Positions 52,601-61,539 of a DNA stretch of 64,000 nt are shown here, piece after piece. Source of the stretch: Patescibacteria group bacterium (GTDB taxonomy: Bacteria; Patescibacteriota; Patescibacteriia; UBA9570; JAHJKD01); the NCBI GenBank assembly GCA_041660885.1, contig JBAZVM010000008.1:7537-71536 (forward strand). Reading direction: 5' to 3'. Each line of letters opens with the position of its first letter. Within the stretch, counting starts at the first letter, position 1. The position numbers and the translations under genes were made by a program. Below the pieces are notes generated by a model. The model saw only the letters and a program-made list of their open reading frames with translations. It had not been told where the DNA came from and made no database searches.

Positions 52601-53874
52601 AAATCGTTTCCATAATAAAATATTTCCGGTTTTACGGTTAAACTAACATTGAAACTGATAGGTTGCTGATTTTGCCCGATTTGTTCGGCGTTCACGTTAG
52701 TATTGGCGACATTGCCTTCTACCGTTTCCGTACTCATATTGGCGCTAACCACTGATACTTTAGAAATAAAATCCGCTTGCTTGAATAAAGCTATCTGTTG
52801 GGAAACCGTTTCAAAATCCGGTGCCGTGGCGGCCAGAGTAAAAGTGCCGCTAACATCTCCGGTTAAACTGGTGTAATAAACATCAGGCAAAGTGTATTGC
52901 TCCAGCAAAGAAAAAAAGTTTGTCCAATAAATGTGTTTATCAAGCAAGGTTATTATATTTTCCACTTTCTGGTTAAAGGCTAGTGCTTCTTTTTGCCAAG
53001 GTTCATACTCGGCTATGTTTCCGTCCAATTGATTAATCTGCAGCTTGGTTTCGTTGACCTTGCTTAATAGATTGGCTTGATAAATTATCATGCCTCCAGA
53101 CGCTAAAAGAATCACAGCCATGGAAGCAATGGCCGCCCAAAGAAGAGAGCGCATTTTGGAAGTAGCTTGCGTATCAGCGTGTTTTTGGCCGGGCAATAAA
53201 TTTACGCCTAAAAAACCTTTGGCATAATCGCCTTTTTTAATTTTTTCTAATTCCTTTTTATTGATGGCAACAAGATTGTCTTTATCCGTTAACGCGGGCT
53301 GGGCTACGATACCCTGTTTATCGGCTTGGATTAGAGGTTTTTTCGGCACTGGGGCGGGAGCCGGCGTTGGCGCAGGTTGATTTATTACAGGCATGGGTTT
53401 CGGCTGCGGTATGGGCTTTGGCGGTATAATTGGAGGAGGAACCGGTTTTGGAAAAACAATAGGCTTGGGCGCCGGCTTTGGAATAATTTTCGGTTCTGCT
53501 TTGGGCAGAGGGGCCGGTTTTTGCTTTAAAAATAATGGTTTATAAGATTTAACCGGAGGAACTGTTTTCACAAGTTTGGGTTTTGGCGGAGGGAAAGTTA
53601 TTTTCGTGCGCGGCTTTAGCGGAGGCGTAAAAACTGGCGCTTTTGGCGGCGTGGAATAGGGATAAGATTTTTGCGGCTCTTCTTTTTTTTCTTTACGCTT
53701 GAAAATATTTTTAATTCTTTGCCAAAGCGAAACTTTCGGCTCTGTATTTTTCTTTACTACCGGTTTTTTTGGTTCCTCCTTAACTGGTTTGGTGTAGTCT
53801 ACGCCTGTTTTTGCTTTGCCAGACTCTTTTTTATTTTTTTGAGGATTCTGATTTTTGATGAAGTCAATTTCCAT
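52591..53874 (-). CDS. pilN: PilN-like assembly protein with a long N-terminal Lys/Pro-rich extension
   Basis: The VNLLP motif is followed by a TM (LLWAAIASMAVILLASGG) and a coiled coil at about aa 220-300. This is preceded by about 215 aa of K/P-rich low complexity. The ATG at 53874 was used because the track start is TTG. Confidence 0.6.
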   Translation of the reverse strand: MEIDFIKNQNPQKNKKESGKAKTGVDYTKPVKEEPKKPVVKKNTEPKVSLWQRIKNIFKRKEKKEEPQKSYPYSTPPKAPVFTPPLKPRTKITFPPPKPKLVKTVPPVKSYKPLFLKQKPAPLPKAEPKIIPKPAPKPIVFPKPVPPPIIPPKPIPQPKPMPVINQPAPTPAPAPVPKKPLIQADKQGIVAQPALTDKDNLVAINKKELEKIKKGDYAKGFLGVNLLPGQKHADTQATSKMRSLLWAAIASMAVILLASGGMIIYQANLLSKVNETKLQINQLDGNIAEYEPWQKEALAFNQKVENIITLLDKHIYWTNFFSLLEQYTLPDVYYTSLTGDVSGTFTLAATAPDFETVSQQIALFKQADFISKVSVVSANMSTETVEGNVANTNVNAEQIGQNQQPISFNVSLTVKPEIFYYGNDLWQ

Positions 53875-53883
53875 CAAATAAAT

Positions 53884-54981
53884 TTAACTAATAATTTCTC
53901 TCATGGCCAAACCAACGGCCACGGAAAGCCTTGGCCCTATTTCCGCCAATATGGGGCGCAATTCCGTTGGGTACATTACCCTAGCCCATGGATCTCCGAT
54001 AAACACTTCGGTATTTAAAGTCTGAGCTAGATAAGTGGATAAATTCGGTAAAAAAGACGATCCGCCCGTGAGAATTATTTTCTCTATATTCGATTGGTTT
54101 TGATTCTGGTAAAGGTTAATCACATAGCGAATTTCATTAACCACGGAAGAGACTATAAATTCGATTCTTTTCGGTATTTGGCTGCTGTTTTGACCGGCTG
54201 AAGCCAAGCCGAAATCGCGTTTAAATTGCTCCGCGCGCTCGATATCCACATTCAAGCTGTTGGCAATGGTGCGGGTGATGGTTTGGCCGCCTAAATCGAT
54301 ACTGCGATTGATCAAGGGAACGCTGGAAAGAACAACGCTGATATTCGTTGTGGCTGCGCCAATATCCACTATCATAATAGGCAATTTATCGTGTCCTACC
54401 AGTACTCTTTCCAAAGCAAAAGCTTCGGTTTCCAAGCTGACTAAATCCAATCCCGCGGCTTTGAATATTTCAATATAACGGCTCACCAAATTCTGGGGAG
54501 CGGCGGTGATTAATATTTTTACGTATTTTTTTGGCGCTGTTTTAATTGGGGAATTATTATTACCATTGGAAGCGGCAGTACTTGGCACGGCTCCGCTATC
54601 TTCCAAGACCTTCCAATCCAGCACCATTTCTTCCAAAGGCATGGGCACTATTTTCTTGGCTTCCCATTGCACGGCCGATTCCAGCTCCTTTTTCGGCATT
54701 TCCGGCAAGGAAATAACCGAGCTGAACACGGTATAACTGGGCAAAGCGGCCACGGCTTGATTGGTGGTAACCCGCGCTTTCTGGCAAAGAGATTTTAAAG
54801 CGTTGATAAGTTTGTCCCGGCTGTCATTTCCCGTGTTTTTTAATATTTCATGGTTTTGCTCGACATAAGCATAGGTCACAAGCTTGGGCTGACCTTTTAA
54901 ATTGGTTAATTCCACGATTTTTAAAGCGGAATTGCCTACATCTACGCCCAAATAATTTTCCTTGGAAGAAAATAATCCCAT
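53884..54981 (-). CDS. pilM: Type IV pilus assembly ATPase-fold protein PilM
   Basis: 365 aa with an actin-like fold pattern: LGVDVGNSALKIVEL ... MIVDIGAATTNISVV ... IILTGGSSFLPNL. Confidence 0.85.
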   Translation of the reverse strand: MGLFSSKENYLGVDVGNSALKIVELTNLKGQPKLVTYAYVEQNHEILKNTGNDSRDKLINALKSLCQKARVTTNQAVAALPSYTVFSSVISLPEMPKKELESAVQWEAKKIVPMPLEEMVLDWKVLEDSGAVPSTAASNGNNNSPIKTAPKKYVKILITAAPQNLVSRYIEIFKAAGLDLVSLETEAFALERVLVGHDKLPIMIVDIGAATTNISVVLSSVPLINRSIDLGGQTITRTIANSLNVDIERAEQFKRDFGLASAGQNSSQIPKRIEFIVSSVVNEIRYVINLYQNQNQSNIEKIILTGGSSFLPNLSTYLAQTLNTEVFIGDPWARVMYPTELRPILAEIGPRLSVAVGLAMREIIS

Positions 54982-55033
54982 ATTATTAATTATATTAAGA
55001 AATTTAAAAATATAATAATAAAAACTTTGCTAT

Positions 55034-55042
55034 ATTATAGCA
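55034..55042 (-). promoter_or_regulatory. Extended -10 promoter TGCTATAAT upstream of pilM
   Basis: The minus strand reads TGCTATAATATAGCAAAG, about 50 nt upstream of ATG 54981. Confidence 0.45.
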
Positions 55043-55082
55043 TAAACGTTTTTGCGGTGCAATTATTTCCTCTTAAAAGCTT

Positions 55083-57563
55083 TTATATCTCTACCAAATT
55101 AAACTTTTTGGTGAGTTTGTATTCTTTCAGCACTTTATTATTCTTGTTTAGCAGTTGAATGATATTGTTTCCGTCTTTTTGCGTGGCGGAGACTATGATA
55201 CCGCTCTCATTGAAGGTTACTTTCTTCATTACGCCTAATTGTTCTTTGCCTATGTTGAATTTGATGGCGGCCAGTCTGATGGTTATTTTATTTAGTTTCT
55301 TGGAAGTGATAACCACGTACTTTTTCTCGTTTAACGTGAGGATTTGAAAAGCATTATATTTATAGCTTATTTTACTGCTTAATGTTTTCCTGCTTAATAT
55401 GTTGCCGTCGTAAACATCAACCAAGGCCAATAATCTTCCCAATGGATTTAAAATAAGGTAATAACCCGTGTCTTGATATTGTTTGATCTGTGTTTTGTGG
55501 ATAAAAGTGGGTATATCGGAGACGCTGTAAACATAAATGGAATTATCAGCGTAGGTTACTTTGATATTGCCTCTTTTGTATCCTTCCACGGAAACAACGG
55601 CGGAAGCGTACAAATCTTCATCCAATGCATCATAAGTGCTGTATTGAGGGTGTAAATTGCTTTTATTGTTTACTTCATCGATTAAGCCGTCGTTGTCATT
55701 ATCCACGTTATCCCCGTCTATTTCCACGCCATTATTAATAATGGTGTCGTTGGTATCATTGTCGTTGGTAACGTATCCCGTTGGAGGGGTTAGGGAGCAA
55801 ACGGAAGTGGTAACCAAAGGATTGCCTAGACCGTCGGTATCATAATCTTGGTAATAGGTTTGGTTGGCATTTATAGTGGCGTCGTCATCATTACAATCAG
55901 TGCCTGTTTCACTACTGTCGTTATCATGATCGTTGTCGTTAAGATCAGTAGCGTTGGCTACGTATCCCGCTGGAACGGTTACAGAGCAAATACTTGTTGT
56001 TTGGCTGGTATTGCCTAGACCATCTCCGTCTGAATCTTGGTAATAGGTTTGATTGGCGGAGACTGTGGCGTCATCATCATTGCAATCAGTGCCATCAAAC
56101 AATCCATCCCCTCCGGCCACACCATCGCCATCGTTATCTATATAGAGGTAGCCCAAGTAGGCGGCACCGGCGTTTGCTCCGCCGTCACCATTATTTCGAG
56201 CATTTGCTAAAATATCATCGAAGCCATCGTTATTTACGTCCCCGGCGGAAGAAACGAAATTACCAGCCCAATCGCCCGCGGCCTCGCCAATAAATTTTAC
56301 TGCGGTAGATAATGAAGCATCGTCTAAGAGATCTGCTTGGCCGTAGATAAGATAAGCGGCGCCGGCATCTGCTCCGCCGTCATCATTCTTATACGCGCCT
56401 ATTAATATATCATCATAACCGTCATTATTAACATCACCGGCGGAATAAACATCAACAGTTCCATCGCCCGCGGCCTCGCCAATAAATTTTACTGCGGTAG
56501 ATAATGAAGCATCGTCTAAGAGATCTGCTTGGCCGTAGATAAGATAAGCAGCGCCGGCACCAGAGCCTCCGGCATCATTAGAAGGAGCACCTACTAAAAT
56601 ATCATCATAATCGTCGTTATTTACGTCCCCGGCGGAAGAAACGGAACTACCAGCCCAATCGCCCGCGGCCTCACCAGTAAATTTTACTGCGGTAGATAAT
56701 GAAGCATCGTCTAAGAGATCTGCTTGGCCGTAGATAAGATAAGCCGCGCCGATAGCATTATTAGAATCTGCGCCTATTAATATGTCATCATAGCCATCAT
56801 TATTTACGTCTCCGGCGGAAGAAACGGAAACGCCGGCTTCATCTCCCTCCGCTTCACCGGTGAATTTTGCATCTGTGTCTGCTAAACTGATAGTGCCGGA
56901 ATAAGGCGTGGCTTGGCCGTAAATGAGGTAAACCGCGCCGGTATATGCATCAACACCATATGCGCTTATTAAAATATCATCATAGCCATCATTATTTACG
57001 TCTCCGGCGGAAGAAACGGAAATGCTGGCTTCATCATCTCCCGCTCCACCGGTGAATTTTGCATCTGCATCTGCTAAACTGATAGTGCCGGAATAAGGCG
57101 TGGCTTGGCCGTAAATGAGGTAAACCGCGCCGATCCATGCACCAACACCATTTGCGCCTATTAAAATATCATCATAGCCATCATTATTTACGTCTCCGGC
57201 GGAAGAAATTGATTGGCCGGCAGCATCCCCAGCCGCTTCGCCGGTAAATTTTACTGCTTCAGACAAAGTAGCTCCGGTTAAACCTTCAGCTCGGCCATAG
57301 ATAAGATAAGCCGCGCCAGCACCAGAGCCTCCAGCATCATTGGCAGGCGCGCCTATTAATATGTCATCATAACCATCATTATTTACGTCTCCGGCGGAAG
57401 AAACGGAATTGACATAATCGCCAGCCGCTTCGCCGGTAAATTCTTCAAACAAAGACAAGTTGTATTCTTCTTGGGAAAAAGTGGCTAAGGGGAAAACCAA
57501 TAGCGCGACGGGCAAACACAAAAAACTCATTGATAATATGAGTTTAGATAATTTAAGCGACAT
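55083..57563 (-). CDS. Secreted FG-GAP (integrin-alpha-like) repeat protein with a Cys/Asp-rich stalk and a C-terminal basic domain
   Basis: 826 aa with a signal peptide (MSLKLSKLILSMSFLCLPVALLVFPLATFSQE). About 8 repeats of S(S/V)SSAGDVNNDGYDDILIGA....GAAYLIYG. Two CNDDDAT(V/I)(S/I)ANQTYYQD.D.DGLGN units. A C-terminal region of about 180 aa resembles the giant-protein C-domain. Confidence 0.8.
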   Translation of the reverse strand: MSLKLSKLILSMSFLCLPVALLVFPLATFSQEEYNLSLFEEFTGEAAGDYVNSVSSAGDVNNDGYDDILIGAPANDAGGSGAGAAYLIYGRAEGLTGATLSEAVKFTGEAAGDAAGQSISSAGDVNNDGYDDILIGANGVGAWIGAVYLIYGQATPYSGTISLADADAKFTGGAGDDEASISVSSAGDVNNDGYDDILISAYGVDAYTGAVYLIYGQATPYSGTISLADTDAKFTGEAEGDEAGVSVSSAGDVNNDGYDDILIGADSNNAIGAAYLIYGQADLLDDASLSTAVKFTGEAAGDWAGSSVSSAGDVNNDDYDDILVGAPSNDAGGSGAGAAYLIYGQADLLDDASLSTAVKFIGEAAGDGTVDVYSAGDVNNDGYDDILIGAYKNDDGGADAGAAYLIYGQADLLDDASLSTAVKFIGEAAGDWAGNFVSSAGDVNNDGFDDILANARNNGDGGANAGAAYLGYLYIDNDGDGVAGGDGLFDGTDCNDDDATVSANQTYYQDSDGDGLGNTSQTTSICSVTVPAGYVANATDLNDNDHDNDSSETGTDCNDDDATINANQTYYQDYDTDGLGNPLVTTSVCSLTPPTGYVTNDNDTNDTIINNGVEIDGDNVDNDNDGLIDEVNNKSNLHPQYSTYDALDEDLYASAVVSVEGYKRGNIKVTYADNSIYVYSVSDIPTFIHKTQIKQYQDTGYYLILNPLGRLLALVDVYDGNILSRKTLSSKISYKYNAFQILTLNEKKYVVITSKKLNKITIRLAAIKFNIGKEQLGVMKKVTFNESGIIVSATQKDGNNIIQLLNKNNKVLKEYKLTKKFNLVEI
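56270..57310. repeat. Near-identical tandem DNA repeats (~190-200 nt period) encoding FG-GAP blades
   Basis: The ~66-nt core aaattttactgcggtagataatgaagcatcgtctaagagatctgcttggccgtagataagataagc occurs three times (about 56293, 56481 and 56679). A second core (gtgaattttgcatctg..tctgctaaactgatagtgccggaataaggcgtggcttggccgtaaatgaggtaaaccgcgccg) occurs twice (about 56861 and 57051). Confidence 0.8.
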
Positions 57564-57590
57564 TTATTTTTTTTAGTTGTTTATTGCTTA

Positions 57591-57598
57591 ATTATAGC
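57591..57598 (-). promoter_or_regulatory. Candidate -10 (GCTATAAT) upstream of the FG-GAP gene
   Basis: The minus strand reads tttttTGCTATAATtaagca, 27 nt upstream of ATG 57563. Confidence 0.4.
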
Positions 57599-57625
57599 AA
57601 AAAAATGACTTTTTTCAAAGAATAA

Positions 57626-59029
57626 CTACGGAGTGGATATATTAAGCTCTGGCAAAGTGGCTATTAAATCCTCCAAGCCAGGAGGCGTATTTAATAACGC
57701 GTGTCCATCATAAATAAATTTCTCGGAGGGTACGTCTTTAGTCTCTTCTTTAACGCGATCACGCTGAAAATTAAACGCTTTAGCCATCATTAACCCGTAG
57801 ACATTAAGCGGCTGATTGCCCTCTCCTGTGGAAACGCCGGTTTCACCCAAAACTATATAAGCACCAGCCATTTCCGTGACATTAGAACCGATGGTAAGGT
57901 TACCGGTAATTATCCAAGCCGCGCTGGCTAAATTATATAAATTTTCTACGGAAGAATCTCCATAAGAAATATTGCGGTTTACTGTTAAGTCTCCATCTAT
58001 AATAATGGTTCCGTTACCTAAAGTATTGGCAACGCCAATAGAGCCGGAACCGTTGGGGATGGTAATGGGATCATCAATAATCAGATTTCCATTATATATA
58101 TAAGAATCCCCGTCTAAAACGCGATTATCTAACTCCGTATCAGTAAAAAATTCCGTAGCCGAACTTTCAAGCGAAGTAATGTTTATTTTGCCGATATTAC
58201 TGCGGTAAGAGCCGCTATTTAACTCCGGAAACGGGATATCGTAGCCGGTCATGGTGCCGCCGGATAAATTAGTATCAAAATTAGAAACGGTTCCCGTGCT
58301 AAGGATTAAAAAGCTGGCGTTAACTTGGCCCGTGGGCGCGGGAATATCGATATCCGCGCCACTATATACATCGCCGTATTTGGTTTGTATCCAACCATCT
58401 ACTCCAATTACAGACGCATCAAATTGCACAAGACCGAACCCTTTACCGCCAGAGGGAGCGCTAAATCCCCAACCCACTAGTTTTCCATAACTCTCCCATG
58501 GCGGCGTATCTTTATAGAAGTCCCGATCCAAAGAAACGCCGTAATTACTGCCGCGCAATTTTATCCAACCCCATTCATTCGATTTTGGTGTTTTTTCATT
58601 CCAGCCGTATTTTCCCAAAGAATATATTCTCGCCCAACCGGAAATTTCCCCGGATTCGCTGTAAACCGCGCCCGAAGTAACATAAGCAGGCAAAGTTTCG
58701 CCGGCACTTAAATAATCATTGGCATTACCGCTAAATTGTATCCAACCTAAAACATCGCTTGTTGTGGCATCCTTAGTTCCAGCCCAAGCCCAGCCGTTTA
58801 CTGTTTTTGTATCTGTATCTACGGAAACATGATAATCGTTTGCGCATATAACATTCAGATTATGGCAATTAAAGCTAATAAACCCCGGGCTGGCGTAAGT
58901 AGAAGAAGCCGTGCCTATCCATCCCCAACCCATGATATCCACCACTTCGGCTTTAGCGGAATGGCAAAACAAAAAAAACAAGACGACTATAAAAATCTTA
59001 AGATGAAAAAAATAAAATTTATGTGCCAT
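57626..59029 (-). CDS. Secreted protein with a G-W repeat N-half and a beta-helix-like C-half (function unknown)
   Basis: The start was moved to ATG 59029 (MAHKFYFFHLKIFIVVLFFLFCHSAKA, a signal peptide). The longer track ORF overlaps the upstream gene. Recurrent motifs: GWGWIG, NGWAWAG, LGWIQFSG, SGWARI, WGWIKL, VGWGF, DGWIQ. Confidence 0.6.
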   Translation of the reverse strand: MAHKFYFFHLKIFIVVLFFLFCHSAKAEVVDIMGWGWIGTASSTYASPGFISFNCHNLNVICANDYHVSVDTDTKTVNGWAWAGTKDATTSDVLGWIQFSGNANDYLSAGETLPAYVTSGAVYSESGEISGWARIYSLGKYGWNEKTPKSNEWGWIKLRGSNYGVSLDRDFYKDTPPWESYGKLVGWGFSAPSGGKGFGLVQFDASVIGVDGWIQTKYGDVYSGADIDIPAPTGQVNASFLILSTGTVSNFDTNLSGGTMTGYDIPFPELNSGSYRSNIGKINITSLESSATEFFTDTELDNRVLDGDSYIYNGNLIIDDPITIPNGSGSIGVANTLGNGTIIIDGDLTVNRNISYGDSSVENLYNLASAAWIITGNLTIGSNVTEMAGAYIVLGETGVSTGEGNQPLNVYGLMMAKAFNFQRDRVKEETKDVPSEKFIYDGHALLNTPPGLEDLIATLPELNISTP

Positions 59030-60959
59030 TATTGCAATAAGTGTCAAAATTGACGGTACCAACCGGTGAAAAATTCCAAGAAGTAACGCCCGCGGTTGTG
59101 CTGGCAAACGCGCAGAAAGCTGTTCCTGCGGAATCGGTAACAATAATACCACTGAAATGATTGGGCCCAGACACGCCGTAATTGCCATTACTGGTAGACC
59201 AAACATTGATACCGGATTTTACCCCGGTAGATAAATTAATCCAACTCTCCCACATATTAGTGCCATCGAATGTTAAATAGCATCTCCCTGAACCTCCACT
59301 GCACGAAGCGTCTCTTTGATAGACCGTACTGCCATAAGCCGGAATAATGTAAATTTTCTTTACACTTTCATTAACTGCCCAAATATTAGTGCCATCAAAT
59401 TGCATATCAGAAATAGTGTTCGGCACTTCAAATTCTTGAGTGAAAGTACAAGTATTAGTTGGCGCTCCGACGCAATCATTAGGATTCAATTTCCCTAAAT
59501 TAATAGTGGCAGAAGGACCAATATTCCCCACCCATAAATATGTATTGTCATACAATAAATTATGATTTTTAACTCCTGTATAATACCATTCTGCGGTACA
59601 ACTTCCTACTCGGCAATTTTTATTTATTTTAATAATTCTTTTTGTGCTATTACTTTGACATGCCATCCAAATATAGGTGCCATCATAAGCTAAGCCATTT
59701 GGATCTTGGCATCCTCCACTTACTATAGTGGTAGTATCGATACTGCCGCTTACAGTCATTTTTTCGTTAAAATAATGCAAACGATTTTGTATATTGTCTG
59801 TCATCCAAAAAATATTATCAGTTCCAGAAATACTATCCGCATATATCATGTCATTACATTGCCCAACGGCCACTGCGGGAGAATAAGTATATTTTAATAA
59901 ACCCGTATCTTTATCTGTAAGATAAACTTTGCAGGTTGATTGGTTAACCATGGCGATGTATTGATTAGTGCTAACTATAGGGCCATATTCACTAGGAGCA
60001 GAAGAAGCTAGCGGATCGGCATATAATACTTGCAGGTCAGAGGGTCTAATTTTTAACAATGCGAGAGTGCTTGTGCTTTGATTAACCGCTTTCGCCCACA
60101 CATAAGTGCCATCAAACACGGCATTGTGAACATTATAATAAGGCCCGGGGCGTAAAAATTGTATTGTCGCGTCTCTTCTAATCGGTTCTATAATATACGG
60201 ATATAAAGATTGTTGAGCTTTTTTCGGCAAAAATTTATTACCAACGGAGTCATAATCTGTTAGAGTTGAGTTAGTAAAGTAACCAGACCAAGAAGTAGTG
60301 CCCAAATGAGCGCAATTTTTTCCAGAAGCGCAAGCGACAATGCTAGAAGTACCCCCATTACTATAAAGACCAACCGCGCCAGCTTGTATTTCCACTGCCG
60401 GAGACGCGGAACTGGTCACTTTCAAACCGGTTGTTGCGGCATTAATATCAAGCTTCCCAGTCATATTATCGCCTGTAGTATTCACCCATTGATCATCACT
60501 ATAAATTTCTTTCCAGGCCGAACCGGTATAAACAAACATTTTATCCGTAGAAGAGTTCCAATATATTTTTCCCTCTATACCAACCACAGGAGTTGAAGTT
60601 CCTTGGGGTAGAATTAAACTACCATTTTGTACATTAAGCTTGCCACGGACAGTATTTGTTGCGCTGGAGGTTCCTAAGTAGATTGTACCATCGGTTTGGA
60701 TAGACAAATCTGCGGATGAAGTTAAAGCTTGCAAAGTCTCCACATTTATTGCTGAACCAGTTCCTATAGTTAATGAACCTGTTTTGATTTGATCATCATC
60801 GGAAGTATTCAGAGGCGGGGCCATATCGCAAGTACTGGGGTCGGCTGTTGGATCGCAAGTGGGTTCTACCCATGTTTGCGCGTTGATTTTCTGAAAACTA
60901 AAGAAAAAACAAAATAAAATCGTTGCTGCCAGTATTAATTTTTCCTTTTTAACCTCCAT
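59019..60959 (-). CDS. Secreted protein with a fibre-like N-terminus and a beta-propeller-like repeat region (function unknown)
   Basis: The start was moved to ATG 60959 (MEVKKEKLILAATILFCFFFSFQKINAQ, a signal peptide). The track start 61079 is TTG and overlaps the divergent gene. The N-part has GKIYWNSSTDKMFVYTGSAWKEI and TGDNMTGKLDIN, reminiscent of tail-fibre motifs. After that come 5 repeats of (F/Y)DG T(Y/N)(V/I/M)W. Confidence 0.6.
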   Translation of the reverse strand: MEVKKEKLILAATILFCFFFSFQKINAQTWVEPTCDPTADPSTCDMAPPLNTSDDDQIKTGSLTIGTGSAINVETLQALTSSADLSIQTDGTIYLGTSSATNTVRGKLNVQNGSLILPQGTSTPVVGIEGKIYWNSSTDKMFVYTGSAWKEIYSDDQWVNTTGDNMTGKLDINAATTGLKVTSSASPAVEIQAGAVGLYSNGGTSSIVACASGKNCAHLGTTSWSGYFTNSTLTDYDSVGNKFLPKKAQQSLYPYIIEPIRRDATIQFLRPGPYYNVHNAVFDGTYVWAKAVNQSTSTLALLKIRPSDLQVLYADPLASSAPSEYGPIVSTNQYIAMVNQSTCKVYLTDKDTGLLKYTYSPAVAVGQCNDMIYADSISGTDNIFWMTDNIQNRLHYFNEKMTVSGSIDTTTIVSGGCQDPNGLAYDGTYIWMACQSNSTKRIIKINKNCRVGSCTAEWYYTGVKNHNLLYDNTYLWVGNIGPSATINLGKLNPNDCVGAPTNTCTFTQEFEVPNTISDMQFDGTNIWAVNESVKKIYIIPAYGSTVYQRDASCSGGSGRCYLTFDGTNMWESWINLSTGVKSGINVWSTSNGNYGVSGPNHFSGIIVTDSAGTAFCAFASTTAGVTSWNFSPVGTVNFDTYCNNGT

Positions 60960-61048
60960 TTTGTTTTTTGACAGAAGCCAATAAATAATTATATAATATA
61001 TGAGATATAATTTATATTCTTTTAAAATATTAACATTTCTTGTTGCTA

Positions 61049-61528
61049 ATGTCAAACAAAGAAATAAACTTTTATACAAAGAGATACCTGGCCTTTTTTA
61101 TAGTGAACGGAATAGTATTAGGTTTGATTATCGGCATTCCTTTGGGATACTGGTTTAAAGGAAGAAATGCTAATATTGAACCTGCCGTTACCAATACCAA
61201 CATGACAACAGATAATAGTACATCGCCTTTATATGTGGAAACGGAAACTAAAACAGTCCAAGCCGGCGTAATCACCGATATTAAAGGAAAAACCATATAT
61301 ATAGATGGGGAAATCATTCAAAACGGTCAAATAGGCAAACAAAATTTTGCCGTAGAAACAAACAACGATACGGTATTCAAAAGAATAGACAACAACAATA
61401 ATATTTTTGAAGACATGTCTCTGAATGATTTAAAAACAGGAGACCAAATTACCGCTATTTCGGCTGAAGATTTTAAAGGAAGAACGGAATTCACGGCTAC
61501 ACAAATAAATTATTATTTAAATAATTAA
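61049..61528 (+). CDS. Small membrane-anchored hypothetical protein
   Basis: ATG at 61049 (the track start 61040 is TTG). One TM ([23 protein letters not shown]), then a soluble domain of about 120 aa. Confidence 0.55.
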   Translation: MSNKEINFYTKRYLAFFIVNGIVLGLIIGIPLGYWFKGRNANIEPAVTNTNMTTDNSTSPLYVETETKTVQAGVITDIKGKTIYIDGEIIQNGQIGKQNFAVETNNDTVFKRIDNNNNIFEDMSLNDLKTGDQITAISAEDFKGRTEFTATQINYYLNN

Positions 61529-61539
61529 CTTTAAAAATT

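Noticed and set aside
56270-57310. Regularly spaced repeats as a possible CRISPR array
   Set aside because: The repeats are 60-85 nt long and lie inside an intact ORF encoding FG-GAP blades. The 'spacers' are homologous to each other, and there are no cas genes.
59030-61079. Long N-terminal extensions of the ORFs 57626-59206 and 59019-61079
   Set aside because: The 59019-61079 extension starts at a TTG codon (I did not check the start codon of the other). Both overlap neighbouring genes and lack signal peptides. Internal ATGs (59029 and 60959) give classical signal peptides and compact gene spacing.
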